Source: a virus
Taxonomy: Duplodnaviria > Caudoviricetes
Direction: 5' to 3' (one strand)
IMG/VR virus record: IMGVR_UViG_3300011862_000001
Coordinates: 32,001 to 96,000 of that record
Length of the DNA: 64,000 bases
Shown here piece by piece: positions 1 to 8,206 of the stretch. Within the stretch, counting starts at the first letter, position 1, and every line of letters begins with the position of its first letter. The notes beneath the pieces were generated by a model. It was not told the origin of the DNA. It saw only the letters and a list, made by a program, of their open reading frames with translations, and searched no databases. A program made the translations under genes and the position numbers.

Positions 1-2
1 TT

Positions 3-710
3 CTGCTCGGTGCACTGAACATTTTCAACTCGGAAGGTATCTTCTATGCCTTTAACGAATCGAAGCACGTCTTCGACCGTTCGAGTGTGTTCATGCGCAA
101 AGTGCAGGCCGGTAATCTGTTTGGTGAAGAAGACCACCCGCCGTATGTGCAGGGCATGTCGGACGCTGCCTGGATTGAGCGTAACGAATGGATTGAAACC
201 AAGAACGTCTGTATGCACATTCGTGAAGTTGAGCTGAAGCCAACTGACCAGGTGTGTAACGGTCTGCCGGTGGTGGAAATCTGGGGTTGGATTAAGCCGA
301 ACCGTGAACGTGGTCCACTGTTGGCCGAAGCGCTGGAAAACCCGCATCAGAACGTCTGCTTCTCACTGCGTGGTATTGTGAACGAAGGGCGTGTGAACGG
401 TGTGTGCTGCCGTCGTCTGAATAAACTGGTCACCTTTGACTGGGTTATTGAAGACGGTCTGCAAATCTGCAACAAATACTCGGCGATTCAACGTGGCAGT
501 AAAGTGGCCCGTGAATCCACCCGTACGTTCGTTGACCGTCCTATCTCACGTCAGACGCTCGAAGATATCCTGTTCAGGGAAGAAGCGACCTCGGCGGTGG
601 CAACGGAATCACGCCGTGGTCAGTTAAAAGACCTTGCACGCGAATACCTCGGTTACACCGAAGCGCGTTCAAATCTTCGCGTCTTGGGACTTGGCTCAGG
701 GAAATGGTAA
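3..710 (+). CDS. Prohead (head maturation) protease, phiKZ gp175-like; 5'-truncated by the window edge
   Basis: Frame is open from base 3 (LLGALNIFNSEGIFY...). Contains GEEDHP, FSLRG (catalytic Ser region) and TFDWV, typical of this protease family. C-terminus has AxE sites (VARES, VATES). Confidence 0.85.
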   Translation: MLGALNIFNSEGIFYAFNESKHVFDRSSVFMRKVQAGNLFGEEDHPPYVQGMSDAAWIERNEWIETKNVCMHIREVELKPTDQVCNGLPVVEIWGWIKPNRERGPLLAEALENPHQNVCFSLRGIVNEGRVNGVCCRRLNKLVTFDWVIEDGLQICNKYSAIQRGSKVARESTRTFVDRPISRQTLEDILFREEATSAVATESRRGQLKDLAREYLGYTEARSNLRVLGLGSGKW

Positions 711-1325
711 ATGGCGGAATATGACTCATCTTTAGAGCGGTGGTTTGAAAACCAAATGCCCAAGGTCGCTAAAAAGCTGGCCTTGAAAAACGTGGCGACA
801 CCGCCGCTCCACGTTGGTGGAAAAGTGCGCAGCTTCGCACCGCGTTTGCCGAATAACCCGGCCCCGGGTGAAGACCAAACGATTCCACGTATCTGTTGCT
901 CGTTGTCGATTAAAAGCTGTTGTGTGGGCGCACGCCATAATTTCCAGTTCGCTAACGAGAACCCCCGACTGTATCTCTACTCGTTCCTGGAACGCAGTGT
1001 GGTGCAACCATCGGTGGAGGTGACGAAAGAACCGAATCGTGCAGGGGAGGTCTGGATTGTTCCCCATCGGATGGCCAACTGGGACATTACACCGCGAGTA
1101 GTCGGTGAGATGCGCCTCGTTAAAATGGCCGAGCAGTACACCCGCCTGACTTACGTTATGCTGGTATCGGAACCCGTTATCTGGGATGAGAGTCTGACTC
1201 TTAAACCTGACACGGCCTATCAATTCACGGTGCGCTGGACGCCGAACGTCACCTTTACGGTACCGACGCCGGTTGACATCAGTTGCTACCATCAAGCCTT
1301 AGCGGAGTACACTGTCGCCCCATAG
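711..1325 (+). CDS. Hypothetical protein (F-x-PR-x-P...ED-x-T-x-PRIC...GEVW motif family)
   Basis: 204-aa ORF starting directly after the protease stop codon. Confidence 0.7.
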   Translation: MAEYDSSLERWFENQMPKVAKKLALKNVATPPLHVGGKVRSFAPRLPNNPAPGEDQTIPRICCSLSIKSCCVGARHNFQFANENPRLYLYSFLERSVVQPSVEVTKEPNRAGEVWIVPHRMANWDITPRVVGEMRLVKMAEQYTRLTYVMLVSEPVIWDESLTLKPDTAYQFTVRWTPNVTFTVPTPVDISCYHQALAEYTVAP

Positions 1326-1372
1326 TGCCAGTTCGTGGTCTGCAAATCACCACTTGCACCTGGAGGCATTGC

Positions 1373-1669
1373 ATGAAAGTTGTAAACATCACCATACCTC
1401 CATCCCTCACTGCCCTGACCCCTGATGAGTTAAAAGCGCTGGCGCTGGAAGCAATTCACGGTCGGGCAGGTAAAGATGTGTTGGCTACCATTTTGGCTGA
1501 GCGGTTGGATACGAAACGTAAAATCAACAATGTGATAGCAGCGCTGTCGCAGCAGGATTTAACCGAATTGTATCTGGCACTACGCCAAGCCGGTGTAGAA
1601 ATCGACTACACCAAAACCTTTTTCTTACTGACTGAGTCCTACCGCAACATCCTCGCTGTAAAACAGTGA
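1373..1669 (+). CDS. Hypothetical protein
   Basis: ATG at 1373 follows GGAGG; 98 aa. Confidence 0.65.
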   Translation: MKVVNITIPPSLTALTPDELKALALEAIHGRAGKDVLATILAERLDTKRKINNVIAALSQQDLTELYLALRQAGVEIDYTKTFFLLTESYRNILAVKQ

Positions 1670-1670
1670 G

Positions 1671-1697
1671 TTTTTTACGTTAGCCAACTTTAGTGTG
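1671..1697 (+). promoter_or_regulatory. Class-2 phage promoter motif (TTTTAC-N15-TGTG)
   Basis: Same spacing as the copies at 20783, 21413, 21951, 26673, 27159, 32707 and 45412. Confidence 0.55.
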
Positions 1698-1720
1698 AAC
1701 GTGAATAATAAGGACAAACC

Positions 1721-2272
1721 ATGTTGTATCTTGATAGCGACGGACTTTTTGCTCATTGGCGATCTTACGTACTCTCGAAATACTTTCCCCACCTGTGCGC
1801 TCAGGAGTTTAATCAGCTCCCGGAATTACGGCGTCGCAGCCTGATGCGGGAAATGTATCGGCGAGAACCAAATTTGTTCTACAACTTGCCACCTAACCTG
1901 GAGATGGTAGCTGTGGTTGAGGAAGCAGAACGGTTGTGTATTCCATGGTGTATTCTGACCTCCGGGGCAGAGGACCACTTTGATCACGCTTTAGTGGTGG
2001 AGAGTAAACAGCTTTGGTTCGACAAACATTTCGGTATACCTGCCTCAAAAGTCACTGTGACCGAAAGCTCGGCACAGAAAAAGAACTTTGCGGGCCGAGG
2101 ACGATTACTTGTTGATGACTACGGTCGTAACTGTCGTGAGTGGGCGCTGGGCGGTGGAACAGCTTTTTGGACTCGTTCTGAAAAACCTAATCCACAAGTT
2201 CTGGTTCGCCATATTGGACGCTTTGCCGATGCGCCTTACGAGGACAGCGGTTGCATCCTACAAATTCAGTAA
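1721..2272 (+). CDS. HAD-superfamily 5'(3')-deoxyribonucleotidase-like protein
   Basis: N-terminal LYLDSDG (DxDG), ILTS, a conserved K and LLVDDY...N motifs; AAGGA RBS. Confidence 0.75.
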   Translation: MLYLDSDGLFAHWRSYVLSKYFPHLCAQEFNQLPELRRRSLMREMYRREPNLFYNLPPNLEMVAVVEEAERLCIPWCILTSGAEDHFDHALVVESKQLWFDKHFGIPASKVTVTESSAQKKNFAGRGRLLVDDYGRNCREWALGGGTAFWTRSEKPNPQVLVRHIGRFADAPYEDSGCILQIQ

Positions 2273-2352
2273 CCCCTCAGGGTGGCCACGTTCCTTACCG
2301 GGAATGGGTCACCCTGCTTTACTTTATGCGCACCCCTGTTCTAAAATATTTG

Positions 2353-2374
2353 AGATAGATATTATTTTAGTGAA
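2353..2374 (+). promoter_or_regulatory. Class-1 (early-type) phage promoter
   Basis: AGATAGATATTATTTTAGTGAA, identical over 22 nt to 46226-46247; resembles the phiKZ early TATATTAC motif. Confidence 0.7.
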
Positions 2375-2416
2375 CCTACAGCAGTAAGTTCTTTATCGAC
2401 TATCAAGGAGCACATC

Positions 2417-3088
2417 ATGACACCATCTGAAGTTCGTTTACTTTCCGAAAAAGTCATCCGTCACTTTTATGACTTTTATCGCTATACCGATTCCGCGCAT
2501 CGCATCGACCATATTCGTGCGGTGATTTCTAACGTGATACGGCTTTGCTATATGCAAGGTTGGCAAGAGCATTTGAAGTTAGCTATCATTGCTGCCGGTG
2601 CGCATGATATCTACTCAACCAAAGATTTGCGTGCGCAACACCACATCAAAGGTTTTACCTGGGTGCTTGATAACGCACCCGTGATGATGCGTAAGTATAA
2701 GCTGACCAACGATGACTGCTACACGATAGCGTATGCGGTGTTAGAGCATCGCGGTTCATTTAAAGGTCAGTACAACGGTATCGTCTCCGAGATAGTGGCT
2801 GCGGCTGACCGTGGCATTCCGTCTGTGGAAGATGTCCTTGCTTATCTCTCGCGCAGTTATCTGTACGCGCGGGATAACGAAGGGAAGAGCATTAGCAATG
2901 CGAAGTTCCATGCGGTGAATCACATCCAGGATAAATTCGGTCGCAATGCGTATTCCAAAGTGCCTGATTGGTATAATCGTTTATTCGATGACCAGTTGTG
3001 CAAACGTACCGCCGTTATCGAAACCCTCGATATCGGTATCTTTACACCGGCTCTGATTGAAGAGCTGGAACAACGACTCTTAAAGTAA
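2417..3088 (+). CDS. HD-domain phosphohydrolase
   Basis: H-x3-H, AHD, EHR and AADR motifs; AAGGAG RBS. Confidence 0.8.
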   Translation: MTPSEVRLLSEKVIRHFYDFYRYTDSAHRIDHIRAVISNVIRLCYMQGWQEHLKLAIIAAGAHDIYSTKDLRAQHHIKGFTWVLDNAPVMMRKYKLTNDDCYTIAYAVLEHRGSFKGQYNGIVSEIVAAADRGIPSVEDVLAYLSRSYLYARDNEGKSISNAKFHAVNHIQDKFGRNAYSKVPDWYNRLFDDQLCKRTAVIETLDIGIFTPALIEELEQRLLK

Positions 3089-3108
3089 CCATTAAGGAAT
3101 ATTATATC

Positions 3109-3618
3109 ATGTCTAAAGTTGTCTCTGTAAAAGATCTTATCGCTGCCCTGAACGCTGACGCTGCTGAAGGTAAAATTGAGCTGGACAAAGAATTCGACTA
3201 CAGCCCGGAAAGCAAAGCGAAGCTGGTTGGCGAATTCTCCAAAGCGATGCCGACTATCAAAGTTGAGCCGAATGAAAAAGGTGAGCATCAACTCACCATC
3301 GACAACATGAACACGCTGGACAAATACCGTGCGAACTTCCACGAAGCGCTGGGTACCATTACCGCGCCGCTGGTAGCCGCTGCGGCAAAAGCTGACCCGG
3401 AACTGGGTGCGATGGAAGCGAAGCTGGAAGTGGGCGATACCGTGTTCTCCACTGCCTGGGCACGTCCGACTGGTGATGCGCCGACGCAGAAAGAATACGC
3501 CGCCTCCATTGGCTTTGGTTACAGTACACCGAAGAACAGTGCGCTCGGTGGTAAGATTGCTCGCGAATTCGCGAAGAACTTCCTCGAGCAGGAAGAAGAT
3601 GAAGAAGACGAAGAATAA
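3109..3618 (+). CDS. Hypothetical acidic protein, probably highly expressed
   Basis: 169 aa with strong codon bias, AAGGA RBS and an acidic tail EQEEDEEDEE. Confidence 0.8.
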   Translation: MSKVVSVKDLIAALNADAAEGKIELDKEFDYSPESKAKLVGEFSKAMPTIKVEPNEKGEHQLTIDNMNTLDKYRANFHEALGTITAPLVAAAAKADPELGAMEAKLEVGDTVFSTAWARPTGDAPTQKEYAASIGFGYSTPKNSALGGKIAREFAKNFLEQEEDEEDEE

Positions 3619-3640
3619 TCGTCTGTCTTAATAACGCAAT

Positions 3641-3670
3641 AGGGTGGTCTTATGACCACCTTATTTTTTT
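3641..3670 (+). terminator. Intrinsic terminator
   Basis: GGTGGTC-TTAT-GACCACC hairpin followed by a T run. Confidence 0.75.
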
Positions 3671-3687
3671 GATCCAGGAGTAACAAA

Positions 3688-4239
3688 ATGGATTCCATGT
3701 TAGCACAAGGCTTACCGGTTAATAGCACGTCCACCACGGATGAACTTGCCTGCACCTATGGCCGTACAGAACTGATTGGCCGTATCGGTGTGTTGGCTGA
3801 AACGCATCTGTTGGCATTAAAGAACGTTGTCGACGAAGAAGTCTTTGAAGGCGTGTGTGATTTCCCGGTAGAACTGATTGGTCAAACCGTCAACGGTTAC
3901 CAACGTTTTCTGGCAGAGCTCGGTAACGGTAAAGAAACCGCTCAGGTTGTGGCCGGGATGATTATCCGTATGCGTGCCGCCCTGCTGTATGAATTCGGCC
4001 CGGATACCTTACGTCGTCTTCAGGCTGAGCTTATCGGCTTAACCTCAAGCCAGTTAGAAGAAGCGGTGTCACGTCGTGATATCGACTCCCTGTGGAGTGT
4101 GGCGAACCCGACCTTGCGTCAAGCCGAAATCAGTCGCAGCTGGGACTTGTTAGCGACCTTCTTATTTATCAGCCATGCTAAGTGGTTGCTGGTACGCGCT
4201 GCCGCTGCCATGGAGCCTGACCAGAAGACAAAAAAATAA
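3688..4239 (+). CDS. Hypothetical protein
   Basis: 183-aa ORF with AGGAG RBS. Confidence 0.75.
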   Translation: MDSMLAQGLPVNSTSTTDELACTYGRTELIGRIGVLAETHLLALKNVVDEEVFEGVCDFPVELIGQTVNGYQRFLAELGNGKETAQVVAGMIIRMRAALLYEFGPDTLRRLQAELIGLTSSQLEEAVSRRDIDSLWSVANPTLRQAEISRSWDLLATFLFISHAKWLLVRAAAAMEPDQKTKK

Positions 4240-4287
4240 TAAGGCAACCCACTCCCGAAGGAGTGGGTCAACCTTTATTTTTTTTTT
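4230..4287. terminator. Bidirectional intrinsic terminator
   Basis: ACCCACTCC-CGAA-GGAGTGGGT flanked by an A run and a T run, between convergent genes. Confidence 0.8.
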
Positions 4288-4289
4288 GC

Positions 4290-5168
4290 TTAACCACGCA
4301 TCTGGTTGTTCATGAACTCATCAGACACGGTATTGAAACCGCCTGCGGTTGCGTTCACATCCGGGTTGATACCGTCAACCTGCTGCGATGGCGTCAGCCA
4401 CAGCTTACGGGTCATCGGACGCAATCCGTACAACTTCATGCGTTCCAGTTCAGACTGGGCAGCCTGCATCGGGCCCCAACCAGTCCATTGCTGGCTGGTG
4501 AAGCTGATGGACAGTTCGTTAGTCTGCGGCCCGGTGTTCGGGTCACGCTCGCCAATATCCTGACCTGCTGTTTCTGGAATCATGTTGGTCAACCACCAGG
4601 CGTTCTGCGCTTTACGCTGATACGCATCCGGTTCGATATACAGCACGGTCATGCTGTACATATCCGGCAGGTGGTCTGGCACGTTCGGGTTGATTGCCGC
4701 AATACCCGGGTGACCGGTTTGCGGATCAGACAGCCCATAAATCAGCCACGCTGTCAGCATGTTCTGGAACACCTTACCGTATTTATCCGGCGTGGTGTGC
4801 GTTACAGAAGACAGTGCTTCGGTAACCAGACCTGCTTCATACTGCACGCGGTTGTTACGACCCTGTTGGGTCTGTACCGCTTCGTGGCTCAGGGTTTTGT
4901 CCAGACCGGTGATGGTGGTGTGAACCTCGATGAAGGACTTAATTGCCTGCCGCCAGATTGACGGGTTCGGCATGTAGTCCACCCAACGAGGGAACTCCAT
5001 CACACGGGCAATGACGTTACGACGCAGACGGTGGGCGTTGGTAACGAACTTGCCAACCTGTCCAACCGGGCCTTGTTGGCCCGAGCTGAATGGGTTAACC
5101 ATGTCGTACTGACCACCGTCAACGTGGAAGCCCTGGTTAGGCTGGATAATACGTTCTTTGATAGCCAT
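4290..5168 (-). CDS. Tail tube protein (phiKZ gp30-like)
   Basis: 292 aa directly downstream of the sheath gene; size, position and YSMTVLYIEPD...AWWLTNMIP fit the family. Confidence 0.75.
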   Translation of the reverse strand: MAIKERIIQPNQGFHVDGGQYDMVNPFSSGQQGPVGQVGKFVTNAHRLRRNVIARVMEFPRWVDYMPNPSIWRQAIKSFIEVHTTITGLDKTLSHEAVQTQQGRNNRVQYEAGLVTEALSSVTHTTPDKYGKVFQNMLTAWLIYGLSDPQTGHPGIAAINPNVPDHLPDMYSMTVLYIEPDAYQRKAQNAWWLTNMIPETAGQDIGERDPNTGPQTNELSISFTSQQWTGWGPMQAAQSELERMKLYGLRPMTRKLWLTPSQQVDGINPDVNATAGGFNTVSDEFMNNQMRG

Positions 5169-5171
5169 TTA

Positions 5172-7229
5172 TCAGTTCTCCCGACGATAGACTTTGATTG
5201 TGGTGTTCACCTGAGTGAGCAGCACACCGCCGTACGCGAGCAGATCCAGCGTTACTGAATAGCCATTCGCCACGTCTTCTGCGGTGAAGTACGCGTTCGG
5301 AGTAATGTCCGCGATACCATCCAGGCGACCGTTCAGGCGCTCGATGATGCGGCTATTAATCTCTTTGGCGATTTCATCACGAGTCAGACGTGATTCACCT
5401 GACATATCCGCCCACACACGGTCAGAGACACGGTAGGCATACGTCATGATGAAGTTGAACAGCGCGTTATTCAGCACTGAACGTTCTTCGTCGTAGATTG
5501 ACTGAATCGCCGGAATGAACAGGCGATAGTAGTCGTAGGAGCGGGCGGTAATCAGTGACACATCCCAGTCGGATGCATACACGTCATTGCCTTTCCACGG
5601 CATACTCAAATCAGTCAGGTCGCTAATAACGGTCAGTTCACCACGGCTAAAGCGGTGAGCTGGGTCGGCACGGCCTTCGGAAGCACCCAGATATTTGGAG
5701 AACATGTTCGCCAGGGTGTAGTTCATCGGCACCGGCTTCTTGTAAGAAGAGTTGCGGATGAGTGCAGTCTGACCGGTGACGATACCACGCGCAGACGGAG
5801 TGCCGTATTTGGCAGACTCAGGCACGGAGGTAATCAGTTCGATCAGCGCGACTTTGGCGCTTTCTTCGGTCTGGAGGTCATTACGCCCCTGATCGTAGAC
5901 ATGCGTACACAAAGCCAGGAAGGTGTTGCGCGATTTGCCAATGAAGTTCACACAGGCAGCTTTGGTGTCGAAACTGAAACCGGAGTCCCAGAAACAACCC
6001 AGCGAATATTTCAGCTCGTTATCGTAGCTGACTTTTCCACCATCCGGGAACATGAGCATTTCACGGCGTACGAGTTCGTCGTAGGCATCGTTACCCATGG
6101 TACCGTCACTACCGCCTTGCAGATAGTGAATGTTGGTGGCAGAGAACACGGTTTTACCCGTTTCGGTAACCGGGTTCAACTGGAAACCGTCGTACGGCTG
6201 GCCAATCAAATCCATCCCACCGAACAGGTCGATGAGGTACGGATCGCTTGGTGCTGCACTCGGGTTAGCGGCGCTTACCGCAGCGTGAGCCAGGTCCAGC
6301 ACGGCTTTCAGCTCTTCGTGGTAAACGTGGAACGCTTCAAACGGTCCGTAGTGTGGCAGCTCACCCACATCCGGCGTCGTCTTACGATACGCCTCAGGAA
6401 TGACCACATCCACATCGAGTTGCGTTCTCATCGGCTGATAGTATGCATCGGGCTTAAAGCTGAAGTTGATGCTGGAGACGCTGGTCAGCGTTTTCCATAC
6501 TACCGGAGAGGTTACACCGGCCAGGGTTTCAAACCATTGCATGGTGTAGACGCGCGCACCGACCGTCTGCTGATAAGCAGCCGACAGAGACGGGGAGGAT
6601 TTCTCGTTCAGTGGAACCAGTTTAAAACCAAAGCCATTGCAGTCATCACCGGCGTACGGTGCTTTGAAATCGAACAGCGGGTACATCTTCGACTTCGCGC
6701 TGGTAGTGGCATTGGTCAGCGTGCCATCAATGATTTCCGCAGCGCCAAAAGCGGCGTCGTTGGCATTGATTTTCAGGCTACGCAGAACGACCAGAATCCC
6801 GTCTGCTTGGGAAGCAACTTTCGCTTTCCCGGCACCATCGTACTGCACCTTACCATTGATGCGTTCGTAGACCGGCACTTTCGTGGCCAGCACGTCGGCA
6901 TACAGACGGTAGGTTGCAATCGCGGCATCATCAGGTACGAGACGCTGGTACATACACTCGTTGCCGTTCGCATTGAACATCGCCTGGTAAGGCGTGTTGA
7001 ACGTTGCGTACGGACCACGGAGATCGAACACGTTGCGGCCGAGCAGATCGAGTGCGTTATTCCCGTACAACGGGAATGCCTCGTTATCTACCCCGCGCGC
7101 GGCAAAGGTGAAGATCAGCGGCTTGTGAATCGGGTCACCCGTAGGTGTCCGCACAAGCTCGGGGACAGAATTGTCCAGCATCCCTTCCTTGTTATTCAAC
7201 GGCATGCCGTTACGTGAAATATAGGTCAT
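5172..7229 (-). CDS. Tail sheath protein (phiKZ gp29-like)
   Basis: 685 aa with LQGGSDG and FWDSGF sheath motifs; divergent from the gp28-27-26-terminase block as in phiKZ-like phages. Confidence 0.85.
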   Translation of the reverse strand: MTYISRNGMPLNNKEGMLDNSVPELVRTPTGDPIHKPLIFTFAARGVDNEAFPLYGNNALDLLGRNVFDLRGPYATFNTPYQAMFNANGNECMYQRLVPDDAAIATYRLYADVLATKVPVYERINGKVQYDGAGKAKVASQADGILVVLRSLKINANDAAFGAAEIIDGTLTNATTSAKSKMYPLFDFKAPYAGDDCNGFGFKLVPLNEKSSPSLSAAYQQTVGARVYTMQWFETLAGVTSPVVWKTLTSVSSINFSFKPDAYYQPMRTQLDVDVVIPEAYRKTTPDVGELPHYGPFEAFHVYHEELKAVLDLAHAAVSAANPSAAPSDPYLIDLFGGMDLIGQPYDGFQLNPVTETGKTVFSATNIHYLQGGSDGTMGNDAYDELVRREMLMFPDGGKVSYDNELKYSLGCFWDSGFSFDTKAACVNFIGKSRNTFLALCTHVYDQGRNDLQTEESAKVALIELITSVPESAKYGTPSARGIVTGQTALIRNSSYKKPVPMNYTLANMFSKYLGASEGRADPAHRFSRGELTVISDLTDLSMPWKGNDVYASDWDVSLITARSYDYYRLFIPAIQSIYDEERSVLNNALFNFIMTYAYRVSDRVWADMSGESRLTRDEIAKEINSRIIERLNGRLDGIADITPNAYFTAEDVANGYSVTLDLLAYGGVLLTQVNTTIKVYRREN

Positions 7230-7287
7230 GGAACATCTCCATAAATTCGTCTTTTAAGACCAGTTGGTCATACTAAGGTAGCATCTC

Positions 7288-8196
7288 ATGGCACTCGAAA
7301 ACGCATATACAGGCAATATTTTCCGCAGCTTCGACCTGGTTAGCCTCGCAGCCAGCCTGGAGTTAGCACGGAAACTCAATCAAACTGTCGCTCAGTCTGA
7401 CGAAGTACATTACGTCGTTGAGACTGCCGATGTGAAACCATTTCCTTTACCGATTGTTATCGGTGACGACGTGTATGTCGATGCACGTACGTTTACCACG
7501 CTGGATCGTACCGGCGAGCTAAAAATTCGTAACCCGATCGAGCACGCACTGCGGCTCGACCAGGCACGTTGGGAATTGGTGTGGAAACGGAATAACGGGA
7601 AGCATGGTTCCTTAATGGCGCAACTTCCCTACCATCATGAGATATTCAGTAAGTGGGTGGGTGATGCCATCACTCACGCTTATGCACTCACTCCATATCA
7701 AAGTGGGCAAATTCGTGCAGCAGCCGCTTTGTTCTCCGTCGGCCAGTTTTATAATAACTTCGAAGACGAAGTGAAGATGCTGCGTTTGCAGCAAGAACTG
7801 TCCCGCCAACTCGGCTACCCGATGCAGATGTTCGAAGCCGTAACCGGTCACACCGACTTCCTCTACCCGCGCAATATCGAAGAATTTGTGGCGATGCTTC
7901 AGGCGGCCGACATTACGCCGCGTCTGCGCGACATCAGTGTACTGGCCCTGCAACAGTTGCTGAACAGCTCCTTCTTTGGCATCAGCTACGACAAGCAGTT
8001 GTGCACCAGCGCCCTGGAATACCCGCCATCGTTGTTTGTGATGATTGCTGCATCACTCGACAACAACATGTTTAACCGCTCGCGTTTGGGTGGCACGGTG
8101 AAGAAATCAGATACGGCGAAACGAAAAGACAAATTCGAGTTCACCTACAACTTGATCCTTAACCAAAACACCAAGCCGCCGAAAGTAAAAGGCTAA
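7288..8196 (+). CDS. Virion structural protein (phiKZ gp28-like)
   Basis: 302 aa; assigned by synteny between sheath and terminase. Confidence 0.6.
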   Translation: MALENAYTGNIFRSFDLVSLAASLELARKLNQTVAQSDEVHYVVETADVKPFPLPIVIGDDVYVDARTFTTLDRTGELKIRNPIEHALRLDQARWELVWKRNNGKHGSLMAQLPYHHEIFSKWVGDAITHAYALTPYQSGQIRAAAALFSVGQFYNNFEDEVKMLRLQQELSRQLGYPMQMFEAVTGHTDFLYPRNIEEFVAMLQAADITPRLRDISVLALQQLLNSSFFGISYDKQLCTSALEYPPSLFVMIAASLDNNMFNRSRLGGTVKKSDTAKRKDKFEFTYNLILNQNTKPPKVKG

Positions 8197-8206
8197 GAGG
8201 CACGCT

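Noticed and set aside
5655-7217. 520-aa plus-strand ORF (also 4263-4961)
   Set aside because: Antisense shadow of the strongly codon-biased sheath and tube genes; no RBS and non-protein-like composition.
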